A stretch of DNA of 64,000 bases, from IMG/VR virus record IMGVR_UViG_2778260994_000001. One strand, 5' to 3'. The translations under genes were made by a program, and so were the position numbers. Positions within the stretch are counted from its first letter, which is position 1; each line of letters begins with the position of its first letter. Under the pieces are notes generated by a model. That model saw nothing but the letters and a program-made list of their open reading frames with translations. It made no database searches and had not been told where the DNA came from. Source of the stretch: a virus. Lineage: Duplodnaviria; Heunggongvirae; Uroviricota; Caudoviricetes. Positions 9,727-19,572 of this stretch are shown piece after piece.

Positions 9727-10611
9727 TCATTGATTCACCTCCTGCGGCGGTTCTGGTAGCGGCATCCAGTGTGACGGTTTCCACGACGCACCAGGAATTA
9801 TCCACCCATCATTAGCGTCAGGATGCCCCGGGATGTAAGTAGCCCATTTCATTCGCCAGTCACCTTTCCTGTCAAACTCCACGGCAACAAGAACGGCTGT
9901 TTTGGTATTCGGCATTCGCTCACTACAGCTTATCCAACCATCCGGAGTTACCGGAACTTGCGGAATGGCTGTCTGCTCTCGAACGTCATTAGGCGCTATA
10001 GGTTCTGCTGCCAACTGACTGGCATATTTGTTAATGGTAACGATAAGCTCTTGCTCAGCCTCATCCAGACAATCACCGATACCTCGCCTGTCACCGTCAA
10101 AATCATCGAAATCGGCACGAATCTTGGCAACCTTCTGGATTGCGGACAACACCTCACTAGGAATTACCGGATAGTTGGTTGACGTTTCCGCGATTTCCCG
10201 AAAATTATTGGTTGACGAATTCTTGTTTTCCCGAAAGTTTCCGGACTGAAGCATGGCGGCGCGGCAGGCGTTCCAGCCATCTGCGTAACAATCTCTGTGT
10301 GTCTTGAAATATGTCACCGCCCTTGGCACATCGTTTACGTCTATTTCATCCGGCACAACCGGCGCGGGTGAGTCAGCATAAACAGGAATAACGTCCGGTT
10401 GCTCTTTATTGCTTTCATCCGTTAAAGCCCAGAATAATTTCCCGGCCGGATGTTTGAAAATATAAGCAACTGGTTCTGCTTCCAGTGATGCCAGCGCAAT
10501 TTTGTATACTTCCAGATCCATTTGTGCAGTTACTAAATCAGGATAACGATCCATAACCGTTATATTGCGCTTAATCATCTCTATTAATTGTTCTTTAGTA
10601 AAAGTGGTCAT
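9727..10611 (-). CDS. Hypothetical phage protein with DUF551-like C-terminus
   Basis: C-terminal GW...SHWMPLPEPP pattern; shares a GWNACRAAMLQ motif with the 10821-11216 product. Confidence 0.55.
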   Translation of the reverse strand: MTTFTKEQLIEMIKRNITVMDRYPDLVTAQMDLEVYKIALASLEAEPVAYIFKHPAGKLFWALTDESNKEQPDVIPVYADSPAPVVPDEIDVNDVPRAVTYFKTHRDCYADGWNACRAAMLQSGNFRENKNSSTNNFREIAETSTNYPVIPSEVLSAIQKVAKIRADFDDFDGDRRGIGDCLDEAEQELIVTINKYASQLAAEPIAPNDVREQTAIPQVPVTPDGWISCSERMPNTKTAVLVAVEFDRKGDWRMKWATYIPGHPDANDGWIIPGASWKPSHWMPLPEPPQEVNQ

Positions 10612-10621
10612 TCGTTATGCC

Positions 10622-10819
10622 TCAATACACAAAATCTGTTTTAAATTCATGGTTACATTCTGGGCAGCATGTTTCGTAACCTTTTATTTCTTCACATGCC
10701 TGTTTTGCTCCAGAAAATTCCCAGAAATCAGCATCGCAAAGCAGATCGAAATTGTGGCCGCATTTTGGGCATTCAGTATCAAGTGATAAACTCCAGTAAG
10801 CAGGTGTGTTTTTGTCCAT
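10622..10819 (-). CDS. Small zinc-ribbon protein (about 65 aa)
   Basis: CPKCGH...CCPECNH; internal Met at 10819 abuts the upstream stop. Confidence 0.5.
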   Translation of the reverse strand: MDKNTPAYWSLSLDTECPKCGHNFDLLCDADFWEFSGAKQACEEIKGYETCCPECNHEFKTDFVY

Positions 10820-10820
10820 A

Positions 10821-11216
10821 TCACTCTCCTTTCCCCTGAAGCATAGCGGCACGGCAGGCGTTCCAGCCTCTCACCTCTGCAATAGCGGCAACAGCATCAA
10901 CCGCGTACATGCTAAGAGGATTAGGCATTGGTTTTTCTTCCGGTACTACTTGCGCTGGAGGGGCGGCGTAAATACCCTCTATCACTAAATGTTTGCGCTC
11001 AAAATCATCTGGCTCTCGATGATATACGTAACTCCAATCACCAAGGTTATCATTGCGCCTGCAACGGAAACCTATCGGCTCGACTTCCAGCGCTGCCAGA
11101 GCAATTCGTGCCAGTTCTTCCGCTTCTTCTGCTGGCAGTACAACGTTGCTACCAGGTCCGTATGTTTCGCGCCACTGCTTGATTGTCAGTAGTCGCTCTT
11201 TGGTAATAGTGATCAT
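10821..11216 (-). CDS. Hypothetical protein (131 aa)
   Basis: Contains GWNACRAAMLQ motif shared with 9727-10611. Confidence 0.55.
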   Translation of the reverse strand: MITITKERLLTIKQWRETYGPGSNVVLPAEEAEELARIALAALEVEPIGFRCRRNDNLGDWSYVYHREPDDFERKHLVIEGIYAAPPAQVVPEEKPMPNPLSMYAVDAVAAIAEVRGWNACRAAMLQGKGE

Positions 11217-11728
11217 GCCGCGTTTCCTTCTTTCTTATTAACAATTACACCGTCATATATTTCATTAAGGTGCCCTCTCAACTCCATGCGCCTTAATGCA
11301 GATAACATGTAATCGCATTCAACCTGCTTATTTCCAGTAAATGGCTTATCGTCAGGATTCCCCCAACAGCAATTACCCTTGGGCCACCCATGTACTTTCC
11401 GTACTCTTCCGTTAACAACGTGAAGTAATCCCCAGCCAGGTGGTAAATCCTCAATTGAAATAATTCCCGGCTCACTAATAAAGAATCGCCAGTCGCCCAT
11501 TCCAAGAGACGGATTTTTACGAAAACGCTTTTTTCTATCTGCTAACAAGTCAGCACGAGAACACTTCGCTTCTATCAGGCATGATGCTGAATTTCTGAAT
11601 CCCATAGCATCTGGCTGTTCTCCGGTACTGGTTACAGCTATAAAGCGGTCATGAAAACAAACCTTGAACCCGTTGCGCTTAAGGAACTTATACGCAATCT
11701 GACAGAGTTCGCGGTGTGTTAACGCCAT
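11213..11728 (-). CDS. Putative PD-(D/E)XK-type nuclease-fold protein (about 171 aa)
   Basis: ...EQPDAMGF...CLIEAKCSRAD... fits a PD...(D/E)xK spacing; start taken at MALTHREL. Confidence 0.45.
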   Translation of the reverse strand: MALTHRELCQIAYKFLKRNGFKVCFHDRFIAVTSTGEQPDAMGFRNSASCLIEAKCSRADLLADRKKRFRKNPSLGMGDWRFFISEPGIISIEDLPPGWGLLHVVNGRVRKVHGWPKGNCCWGNPDDKPFTGNKQVECDYMLSALRRMELRGHLNEIYDGVIVNKKEGNAA

Positions 11729-12090
11729 ATCACTCTCCTTTAGTGCGCAAGTGGTTTTTCCAGCGGTTTTGCGCCGCGCTGGGCTTTTTGCAAAAACCAC
11801 AATCCATCATCCCGTAATATTTCATCAACCCCATCCGTCGGTTGCTGAGTCTCACCCACTGCCAGACGCCAGGAGCGTTTCTACGAACTAACAGAATCTT
11901 TGCTTTACGGTTTTTCATCGTTTTGCTCTCCTGCGTTTCTTTGCTTCGCGTCGTGCAGCCGCAATACCGGTATGGCGGCGCTTTGGTGCCGGGATGATGT
12001 TGTCAGCCATCAGGACATGCGGCTTCGCAATTAGCGCAGAAGCCCAAAAACGAGTCGGGTACGGTAACAAGCCGATACATGCCACACGCA

Positions 12091-12744
12091 TTACTCACCT
12101 CCTTTGATGCGAATGCCAGCTGCGCTTGCTGATTCTTCATATGCGCGTTTAGCAGCGTTAAGGATTGCTGCCAGTGGCGTATAGCCGCCATCCATTCGGA
12201 TTGTGTTGTGGATGCCAGCCATTGTGTCGCGCAATTTGCTGTGGCTAGCAGACAGTTCTGCTATGCGCTTCTCTGCGGATTCCAGCGCTGCAACCAATTC
12301 GTCTACAGTTCCGGCAGCTTGCAGTGCGTAATCGGTAATAGCCATCTCATGATCAATTTCAGTACCGTTCTCATTCGTTGAGGTGATAGCAAAATAATCA
12401 GAGTCGATTTCGTTATCAGCTAAGTGGCGTAGCGTATCGGCAACAAGCTGACCGTTTTCGATTAACAGCTTCCCTACCGTTAGCGCAATATCCTCGTTCT
12501 CCTGATCGCGGCGTTTTATGTATTGCTGGTTTCTTTCCCGTTCATCCAGTAGTGCCAAAGCAACCTTTGGATTAAAGGCGGCAATAAATTCAGCATTGTT
12601 TTTCAGAACGTGTTGCGCAATGGCCTGACTACTTAGTCGGACCTCATAACCACGTGCGCCACGGTGTGGTTTATATGAGTCCCAGTCTCCCCACGTTGCT
12701 TTCTCTGCCGCCTCACGCAGTGCCTGATAGTCAATCTTGCTCAT
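12091..12744 (-). CDS. Ead/Ea22-like family protein
   Basis: N-terminal IDYQALREAAEKAT and AFNPKVALALLDE motifs typical of Ead/Ea22-like prophage proteins. Confidence 0.6.
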   Translation of the reverse strand: MSKIDYQALREAAEKATWGDWDSYKPHRGARGYEVRLSSQAIAQHVLKNNAEFIAAFNPKVALALLDERERNQQYIKRRDQENEDIALTVGKLLIENGQLVADTLRHLADNEIDSDYFAITSTNENGTEIDHEMAITDYALQAAGTVDELVAALESAEKRIAELSASHSKLRDTMAGIHNTIRMDGGYTPLAAILNAAKRAYEESASAAGIRIKGGE

Positions 12745-13442
12745 TGGATGACTCCTTTACGAAGCTGTTCGGCGATATCTTCGAGAACGCCATCAGAGAA
12801 TGAGCGATCAAAATGGCTTTCCGGCGCATTAGCCATAAACTCAGTAGAGGTAAGAATCATCCGGGCAATATCCGCGGCGTTCTTCGCAGTATCATCAATA
12901 AAACCAGCTTTCCAGGCAGCCAACATTCTGTTCGCCACAAAATAAGCGCCTTCCTTGCGTGCTTCAGTCCTCCCTTCAGCCAGAAAAGCATCGGTTGCTG
13001 GGGTTTCGCTGTGGTGCAGGGCATCGTTGATAATCATTGCAGCAACTCCGGCCTGCCCTGCATCCGTGACCGACACATGCTCAAGAGTTACGGCCATTGC
13101 GTGTTTCAGCCCAGCGTTCTCTGCCACCAGCGCAGCGAGATTAGTCTCAAGCTCTGAAATTCGGCACGTGGCATCAATATTTGTGTCCTCCAAGCACTTA
13201 ATTTCACCAAGCAGCTCCAGTGCAACCTTTGGGTTGAACGCGGCAACATGACGAGCGTTGTTCTCTGCATTTTTCTGTCCATCAAAGCCGGTCCATTTGA
13301 TAACGTCTTCACATCGTTCATCACCGGGCGTGTGCACCGCATAAGTACCAGTATCCGTCGAAATAAATGCGACCCATTCGTCTGGTGTTGCCTTTTCTGC
13401 CGCCTCACGCAGTACCTGATAGTCAATTGTCATTCTCGCCAT
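12741..13442 (-). CDS. Ead/Ea22-like family protein (tandem paralog)
   Basis: MARMTIDYQVLREAAEKAT... and AAFNPKVALELL; paralog of 12091-12744. Confidence 0.6.
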   Translation of the reverse strand: MARMTIDYQVLREAAEKATPDEWVAFISTDTGTYAVHTPGDERCEDVIKWTGFDGQKNAENNARHVAAFNPKVALELLGEIKCLEDTNIDATCRISELETNLAALVAENAGLKHAMAVTLEHVSVTDAGQAGVAAMIINDALHHSETPATDAFLAEGRTEARKEGAYFVANRMLAAWKAGFIDDTAKNAADIARMILTSTEFMANAPESHFDRSFSDGVLEDIAEQLRKGVIQ

Positions 13443-14074
13443 CCTTCACAGTTGTAATCACTACAGCCTTCAAAATCATATGGGCTGTACTGCCAGGTGA
13501 TTTTTCCGCAATGCGGACAATTCCAACGCACCTTCCCGCTTCGCGACTTCTTTCTTCTGTTCTGCTCTTTCAACCAGTCAGGCATGACCAAACCTGCGCC
13601 CTGAACCATTGTTCTGCGGTTAAAGTTATTGATATTGAACGTCCGGCGCTTTGCTGCATCAGCAATGGAAAATGGCAACCAAACTATTCCTGGTTCGTTT
13701 TTGTTGGCGACGCTAAAGATGGTCGCTTTACTGAAGTCATCTGTTGGCAATCCACCGTGTTGAAGCCAGTAAACATCGTTGCCGTTCCAGCTACCTTTTT
13801 TGTAGGCCACATACGCAGTGCAATCTGACTCAATCAGGCTTTCTGTAGGGATGTACTGGCAATCAACGTGCCACACAGCCATTGCATCCACACTATCGGC
13901 ACAAACAGGCTGATCGATATCTCGCCCACAACTCCAGGCTTTTTGGGCTTCTTCCAGCGTGTAAACATGAGCGCGATCGATATCAGAACTGTAACCATTG
14001 CCGTTATGGCAATGGAATGAGGCGTTATTACCCACAGTTTCACGCAAGCACATCATGTAAAAACGGTTACTCAC
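13430..14074 (-). CDS. Hypothetical protein with C-terminal zinc ribbon (214 aa)
   Basis: C-terminal CPHCGK...CSDYNC. Confidence 0.55.
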   Translation of the reverse strand: MSNRFYMMCLRETVGNNASFHCHNGNGYSSDIDRAHVYTLEEAQKAWSCGRDIDQPVCADSVDAMAVWHVDCQYIPTESLIESDCTAYVAYKKGSWNGNDVYWLQHGGLPTDDFSKATIFSVANKNEPGIVWLPFSIADAAKRRTFNINNFNRRTMVQGAGLVMPDWLKEQNRRKKSRSGKVRWNCPHCGKITWQYSPYDFEGCSDYNCEGWRE

Positions 14075-14282
14075 TGGATGCCTCCCAGCAAATTTGTCTT
14101 ATATAAGAACTGTTAACGCGCTTTACTTTCCCGTCGAACTCCAGTTTCTTTAGACGACGCAAAACGTATGCCGTTTTGAGTGTGCGATATTTATCCCTAA
14201 GCCAGTTGGTCACGACGTAAGTCATACAGCGCCCGTGTTCTTCCAACACCCGAACTATTTCTTCGTCGGTTGGCTTGCTCAT
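14067..14282 (-). CDS. Hypothetical small protein (71 aa)
   Basis: ORF overlapping its neighbours by a few nt (operon-like packing). Confidence 0.5.
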   Translation of the reverse strand: MSKPTDEEIVRVLEEHGRCMTYVVTNWLRDKYRTLKTAYVLRRLKKLEFDGKVKRVNSSYIRQICWEASSE

Positions 14283-14500
14283 TTTGTCGCTCCTTCAGCT
14301 TTCTCTACTTTCGCTGCCATGATTTCCAGCTTTTGTGCTGCCGATGCCGCTAACCTGTGAAATTCTTCATCTGTTTCAACTGGAATTGGTACAAACCTGA
14401 CACCAATTTGAGCAAGGCTATGCGCCATTTCGAGACTTGCTCTTAACTCTGCTGGGGATGCTTTATTCAGGCCGACTTCCTCACAAATAACAGATTGCAT
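14279..14500 (-). CDS. Hypothetical small protein (73 aa)
   Basis: ORF only. Confidence 0.5.
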   Translation of the reverse strand: MQSVICEEVGLNKASPAELRASLEMAHSLAQIGVRFVPIPVETDEEFHRLAASAAQKLEIMAAKVEKAEGATK

Positions 14501-14509
14501 ACGCTCGCC

Positions 14510-15235
14510 CTACTGAATACGCTCAAACTCGATTACCCACACCCAGGGATTAGCGTTCCAGCTTTCTTCACCATAGATGGATTCCCACAGGCGCTGGAAC
14601 GCAACCTTGGCCATTGCGAAATCCCCCTTGGGAGTAAGGAATGTTCCCGGGTGATCAGGAAGCAAACTTCCAGCAGGCGGAACGCCCTCATCCCTTGCAT
14701 CGCATTCGCTGATATTGTTCAACCGCTCAACGCGCACGTTGGTAATTTCCAACAGGATGCGTGATGCCCATCGCGGCATGTGAATTGATGGACGCCACCC
14801 ACCATCAAACTTTTCATTCACAGTGTGAGGTTTCCAGTCGGCATCATCGGGTATCGACCATAAACCGTAATCACCAGGCTTTTGCTCACAACTGGCCCGA
14901 TAAATCCTTGCTGCGTTCTTCTCATCGCCACGACAAAGGTTGTCGTTCCAGTCCACACTGCAACCATCTTCATTGCCTAATATCGCCCATGTTTCACGAA
15001 CCCAAATTCGATCGCCGACGATACCAAAGGGGCAATTGAAAACACTGCTTACACCATCAGCCCCGTACCACTGAAAACCTGCACCAATTTCCCTAACCAT
15101 CACTGGTGCTTCTGGACCAACTTCCGCAGGCTGATTTTTCATTATCCGCCGCGTCTGCGTTTTCCTTCCTTCGAGGATGGCTCGGACCATCTCATCGTTG
15201 AAAATCATGCCGCGCTCTTTCACTTCGCCTTTCAT
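14510..15235 (-). CDS. Hypothetical conserved phage protein (241 aa)
   Basis: ORF with N-terminal FNDEMVRAILEGRKTQTRR segment; function unknown. Confidence 0.6.
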   Translation of the reverse strand: MKGEVKERGMIFNDEMVRAILEGRKTQTRRIMKNQPAEVGPEAPVMVREIGAGFQWYGADGVSSVFNCPFGIVGDRIWVRETWAILGNEDGCSVDWNDNLCRGDEKNAARIYRASCEQKPGDYGLWSIPDDADWKPHTVNEKFDGGWRPSIHMPRWASRILLEITNVRVERLNNISECDARDEGVPPAGSLLPDHPGTFLTPKGDFAMAKVAFQRLWESIYGEESWNANPWVWVIEFERIQ

Positions 15236-15244
15236 GCATCCCCC

Positions 15245-15331
15245 TTACCCATGCGCGACGATGCCGCCAAAAGTGATAGAGAACAGCCAGAAATAGATCG
15301 CGGCCATAATGATTTTGAATGCCGTGTTCAT
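15245..15331 (-). CDS. Tiny hydrophobic peptide (28 aa) with strong RBS
   Basis: MNTAFKIIMAAIYFWLFSITFGGIVAHG; AGGAG 8 nt upstream of the ATG. Confidence 0.35.
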   Translation of the reverse strand: MNTAFKIIMAAIYFWLFSITFGGIVAHG

Positions 15332-15360
15332 ATTTTCAGCTCCTGTGATTGATTGGATAC

Positions 15361-15390
15361 ATGCCGCGCCTTGCGGCATGTTTTTATTTT
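15361..15390 (+). terminator. Intrinsic terminator-like hairpin (plus-strand sense)
   Basis: ATGCCGC-GCCTT-GCGGCAT followed by GTTTTTATTTT. Confidence 0.4.
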
Positions 15391-15413
15391 CACTTTCTCT
15401 GTTTTAAAAATCA

Positions 15414-15430
15414 AGATTTATTAGAGCAAT
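15414..15430 (-). promoter_or_regulatory. C1-operator-like 17-mer (ATTGCTCTAATAAATCT, 16/17)
   Basis: Minus-strand match to ATTGCTCTAATAAATTT abutting the stop of the 15430-15936 gene. Confidence 0.5.
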
Positions 15431-15936
15431 TACTGTTGATGGAGAAGCGCGTTTTCATACTCCCTGACCATTAACGTAAGTACGCCGTGACTCCTGAAAA
15501 CACGCGCCACTTCAATCTTATCTTCCAGCGCGAACGCGATTTTACTTAGACCAATTTTCTTAAGGAGAGCAATCTTTGCTGGGCCGTCATTTCTGTCATC
15601 GGTGGCAGGACGCATAGATAGCAAAGGCTCAGCCCCGTTTGTTACGTGCTTACGCAACCAGGCTCGTGTTTTATCCCTGGCTATCTCACAGCGCCCGGTT
15701 ACAAACCAGACCGTGTAAACGTTAAATAACTGGCGCACCATATCAATAACTGGAGTGATGGGAGCATCAGTGTCACAGGCAAGGTTAAACTCGTTCCAGT
15801 GCTCTGTTAATGCACCTTTGCCAGGTGGTGGAAGCAAATGCAGCCTGTCTTCCGTTGCCTCTGATATCGTCCCATCAATATCGACTATGACGATATACGG
15901 ACGTTCCTGGTGTGCGTGTTTATTGAAAATACTCAA
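15430..15936 (-). CDS. HAD-superfamily phosphatase-like protein
   Basis: N-terminal IVIVDIDGTI (DxDGT motif I of HAD hydrolases). Confidence 0.65.
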   Translation of the reverse strand: MSIFNKHAHQERPYIVIVDIDGTISEATEDRLHLLPPPGKGALTEHWNEFNLACDTDAPITPVIDMVRQLFNVYTVWFVTGRCEIARDKTRAWLRKHVTNGAEPLLSMRPATDDRNDGPAKIALLKKIGLSKIAFALEDKIEVARVFRSHGVLTLMVREYENALLHQQ

Positions 15937-16009
15937 ATGCCCTCCTCATTGGACGAAAAAAATGCTGGTGGGACGCACTCCACCAGCATTAAAAGTGACA
16001 CTGTAACTA

Positions 16010-17272
16010 TCAGCGAACGTAAATAGTGCCGCCGTTCTCTTTTTCCCATGCATCGCTACGTGCATAGCAAACATCGAGAAGTCTTCTTGCCGCTGTTTCC
16101 TCTAAACCCAATTCGACAACCAACTGCTCATGACGGCGGGTAACCACATCAAACAGGGTATGCAGCCCTTTATTGGCCAGTTCATCAATGAATTCCGGTT
16201 CGAACGGTAGCTCTGCATCTGCCAACATAACCTCTTGCGCCCACTCGACACGGCGGACCAGTTCCGGGCGGCGGCTTTCCATCTCTTTACAGATCATTTC
16301 ATGGAAGAACTCTACCCAACCTTCCGGCTGGAACTCGCGGAAAATGGCCAACGGCTGGAAGTTTGGCATCAACCATTCGTTGATACGTATATCAATGGCA
16401 TAGCCCATGTCGCAGCAGAACTGATAAGCAAAGTCCAGCTTAGAAACGATATAAGGACGCTCGTTATTGAACTCTTTAGGCGATGAGATCCCATAAGCCA
16501 GGAGGCGCGGGAAGAATGAGATTTGCCCTAACGTCGGATGGAGTTTGCTTGCAGGGAAACGGCGCTCAGTAATGCCATACATTTCCTTCTTGAGCGTCGC
16601 AAATTTGGCGTTTTCATTAACCAGCTCGGTAACCTCTGCTTTTTTATTAGCAAATGCCACGCGCGCCTCGCTTGCATCTTTAATAGCCTTTTTGAGCTGT
16701 TGGTTAAGGTCGACAATCTGCTTACGCAGTTCCTGTCGCTCGCTTTTGGCTTTGTTATAGCGTTTCTCAAGGTTAAAAGGATCAAGTTTCATGATCTCTT
16801 TATATTGAGATTTTAGAGTTGAAATCTGTGAGTTCCGCAGCACAACCATCGCGGTCATTTCATTGAGTTTTGTTTCCAGCTCAATGCTTATACGTTCGGC
16901 ATTATCAGCACGCTGGTTGGCGTCATGCGTCGCATCTTCGATCGCGTCCTGTTGCTGGCGTTTCAAATGTTCAATTTCCAGCTGAAGCTCTTCAATTTCT
17001 TTACCCTTCAGACCGAGATCCAACTGCATATTTTCAGCTGCATCTACCAGGGAGTTATGGCTATCAGCTTCTGCGTTATAAACATCAATAAGCTGTGCGT
17101 GAAGCATCTCCGCTGACTGAACCGCATTATCAAAAAAACGCGCTGTGAGGTCATCACAACTAACGCGGCGTTGCGCGGCTCGGATGTTCTGGATAATGGC
17201 CGGGATACCGGCATTCAGGACATCAGGGATAGAAACATTTTCGATTGATTGGTTTTGTGCTGAAGTGCTCAT
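16010..17272 (-). CDS. Hypothetical protein (420 aa) with long N-terminal coiled coil
   Basis: About 200 aa of heptad-rich charged sequence then a globular C-terminal domain; no catalytic motif recognised. Confidence 0.65.
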   Translation of the reverse strand: MSTSAQNQSIENVSIPDVLNAGIPAIIQNIRAAQRRVSCDDLTARFFDNAVQSAEMLHAQLIDVYNAEADSHNSLVDAAENMQLDLGLKGKEIEELQLEIEHLKRQQQDAIEDATHDANQRADNAERISIELETKLNEMTAMVVLRNSQISTLKSQYKEIMKLDPFNLEKRYNKAKSERQELRKQIVDLNQQLKKAIKDASEARVAFANKKAEVTELVNENAKFATLKKEMYGITERRFPASKLHPTLGQISFFPRLLAYGISSPKEFNNERPYIVSKLDFAYQFCCDMGYAIDIRINEWLMPNFQPLAIFREFQPEGWVEFFHEMICKEMESRRPELVRRVEWAQEVMLADAELPFEPEFIDELANKGLHTLFDVVTRRHEQLVVELGLEETAARRLLDVCYARSDAWEKENGGTIYVR

Positions 17273-17273
17273 T

Positions 17274-17492
17274 TCAAAGTTCCGTATTAGCTTGTGCTTC
17301 GGTCATTTTTCCTAAGTATGAAGGTGGAAGGACTACGCAATTTGTATCCAGTCCCTCACCTATGGCAGCCTGTAAAATTCTGGCTAAGGTGAGTCTCTTG
17401 TTGCGATACCTGGTGATGACATGCCTGATACCGCCGGTCGGCGTAACAAAGGCGATCAGCCAGTAGTGATATTTCCGTCGGAATGGCCACAT
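17274..17492 (-). CDS. Hypothetical small protein (72 aa)
   Basis: ORF only. Confidence 0.45.
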   Translation of the reverse strand: MWPFRRKYHYWLIAFVTPTGGIRHVITRYRNKRLTLARILQAAIGEGLDTNCVVLPPSYLGKMTEAQANTEL

Positions 17493-17506
17493 AGTGCACC
17501 TTATAG

Positions 17507-17523
17507 ATTGCTCTAATAAAAAA
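17507..17523 (+). promoter_or_regulatory. C1-operator-like 17-mer (ATTGCTCTAATAAAAAA, 14/17)
   Basis: Plus-strand match; first of a convergent pair flanking a palindrome. Confidence 0.4.
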
Positions 17524-17547
17524 CGTGATGAGTGTACATCACGTTTT
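17520..17547. terminator. Bidirectional intrinsic terminator (11-bp perfect palindrome with A-run and T-run flanks)
   Basis: AAAACGTGATG-agtgta-CATCACGTTTT. Confidence 0.6.
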
Positions 17548-17555
17548 AAAAATAT

Positions 17556-17572
17556 GGAATTATTAGAGCAAT
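17556..17572 (-). promoter_or_regulatory. C1-operator-like 17-mer (ATTGCTCTAATAATTCC, 14/17)
   Basis: Minus-strand match; second of the convergent pair. Confidence 0.4.
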
Positions 17573-17573
17573 A

Positions 17574-18275
17574 TTATTCTGATTCTCGCTCAAAAAACGA
17601 GCTAATGAGGGGAAGCCAATCCTCTGACACTTCGCGAGGCCGCGGTTTGCCGTGGAAAAAGATTATTCGGCAGTCCTTTGGTAATGCCCCATTCCCCCTG
17701 GAGTAACGCGCGCTCGCATATTTTGAACCAGGTTCCACAACATCGGCCTTGTAACTTACAAACCATCCTGGATACAGATCCTGAAATGCTGGTGTATCAT
17801 CGCCCATAACCTTCCGTAAGAACCCCTGATCACCCCAGCACTCAGTAGTGACACAACGAGCAATCCAACCTTCCGGATCTTGCCAGAATGAACTCCAGAT
17901 ATGTGCTTTTACACTATTTGGTATCCACAGGGCACCGCTACCACGATATTGTGGATGGTAAAAATCCCTAAGCATGGTGAAGCAGGTTGGTGGATTCTCA
18001 AGGATTGGGCGTATATCACCGGCAATAACCGTGTCCAAATCCAGATAGAACAGATCATCGGTTATATCCGGTCGGAACAACTCGATTTTCGCCCACCAGC
18101 CACGGCACTTTTGCCACTGGTTGATCAATGGGACAACTTTGACGCCAGGTACATGTAAACGCTTCAGGTCTGTCAGGCAAATAATTTCATAGCCTTTTGG
18201 CAGTTGATTAACCAGCCACTGCACATCGGAAGCGTTATAGTCACCACCAGAGCGAAGAACTAAAGCAATCTTCAT
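17574..18275 (-). CDS. Putative nucleotide-sugar transferase-like protein (233 aa)
   Basis: [11 protein letters not shown] DxD-type motif; translationally coupled to ppp (ATGA overlap); fold assignment tentative. Confidence 0.5.
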   Translation of the reverse strand: MKIALVLRSGGDYNASDVQWLVNQLPKGYEIICLTDLKRLHVPGVKVVPLINQWQKCRGWWAKIELFRPDITDDLFYLDLDTVIAGDIRPILENPPTCFTMLRDFYHPQYRGSGALWIPNSVKAHIWSSFWQDPEGWIARCVTTECWGDQGFLRKVMGDDTPAFQDLYPGWFVSYKADVVEPGSKYASARYSRGNGALPKDCRIIFFHGKPRPREVSEDWLPLISSFFERESE

Positions 18276-18964
18276 GCTGCACCATCACCTTTCACTTTCA
18301 TCAATGTCAGGTTTCCGCAAAATACGGCACCAGTGTCGATATACTGCTGATTCCAGAATGTCTTCGGGCTTTTCACCGGAGTGTGACCAAAGATAAAACG
18401 ATCTGCGCCCGAAATTTCGCCACCAATATCATCCATCGAATCACTGATACGCTCGCGCGCCCAGACAACGTTGAAAAGCGGCACCTCCTTACCGAATTGG
18501 TATTCATTATCCGGATAGTCGGCATGGGCTATAACGATAGTTTCTTGCCCGGTGTTCAACTCAATGATATAGGGCAGACGCTTTACCAGCTCCACCAGCG
18601 CCCTGGCTAATATTTCCTGATCAGTGTCCAGCATGAAGAACCATTGTCCGCCATTCATTAGCCAGTTATTCACGTTGCCATCAGGACTTAACGCATCAAT
18701 CATCAGCCGCTCATGGTTCCCCATCACTGCCCTGAACCAGGGCATCTGCAATAGTTCCAGACATTCGACATTTTCAGTACCGCGATCGATAAGGTCGCCG
18801 ACCGATATCAGTAAATCCTGCGCCGGGTCAAAATCCACACGATGGAGTTCGGACATCAGTCTGGTGTAGCAACCATGCAGATCACCAACAACCCAGATAT
18901 TCCTGTATTTGGTACCGTCGATACGGTGATAAATTGTTGGTGCCATCATGTATTCTTCAGCCAT
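18272..18964 (-). CDS. ppp: Ser/Thr protein phosphatase (lambda-PPase / PrpA-like metallophosphoesterase)
   Basis: GDLHG, GDLIDRG, GNHE motifs; long colinear similarity to lambda phosphatase as recalled. Confidence 0.9.
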   Translation of the reverse strand: MAEEYMMAPTIYHRIDGTKYRNIWVVGDLHGCYTRLMSELHRVDFDPAQDLLISVGDLIDRGTENVECLELLQMPWFRAVMGNHERLMIDALSPDGNVNNWLMNGGQWFFMLDTDQEILARALVELVKRLPYIIELNTGQETIVIAHADYPDNEYQFGKEVPLFNVVWARERISDSMDDIGGEISGADRFIFGHTPVKSPKTFWNQQYIDTGAVFCGNLTLMKVKGDGAA

Positions 18965-19572
18965 TCTTTAAGAGTCATCTGCGGAATACCTCCCATTTTC
19001 CCGCATGAAACAACGTCAATCCGTTCACGCGCAGACTGGAATAACAAAGGCAGGTGACTTAGATTTTTTGGCGTGCCGCCGGAGTGAACGCGTGGTTCTT
19101 GTGTAGCGTCAACGCCCACCAGGGCGACATGTTTGAATCCGATATGGAAAGCCAGGTTCAGAGCACCATATGCACTATTGCCGCTGGCAATTTCATTCTC
19201 ATCTTCGCAAAGTCCGAAATGTGCGGACCAGCGCCACGCCCACCACTCGGGAGAATTCGTATTTTTTGGCTCCATGCCACGTTCAGCCACACGACGGAAG
19301 CACAGAACGCCGTCTCTGACTTCACGTTCTTTAACATCGGGTAGTGCCATGCAATAACAAACACCACGGCGACGGCGGCCACGACCAACGCGCCGCATAT
19401 TGTCTGGCGATGGATCAAGTGTGAAAAAATAAGAAGCGCGGTTCAGCCAGTCGATGGCCCCATTGACCGCTATAATCGGCACTCCGCGCGGCGCAACAAA
19501 GTTTTCGGCGCTTGGGCCACTGCCGACGATAATAACGCGATCACTGCCTCTAAATTTATTCTTGGGAAACAT
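18946..19572 (-). CDS. MptE-like/DUF115-like protein (208 aa)
   Basis: VIIVGSGPS...IIAVNGA motif pattern; AGGAG RBS 12 nt upstream of the ATG at 19572. Confidence 0.6.
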   Translation of the reverse strand: MFPKNKFRGSDRVIIVGSGPSAENFVAPRGVPIIAVNGAIDWLNRASYFFTLDPSPDNMRRVGRGRRRRGVCYCMALPDVKEREVRDGVLCFRRVAERGMEPKNTNSPEWWAWRWSAHFGLCEDENEIASGNSAYGALNLAFHIGFKHVALVGVDATQEPRVHSGGTPKNLSHLPLLFQSARERIDVVSCGKMGGIPQMTLKEWLKNT

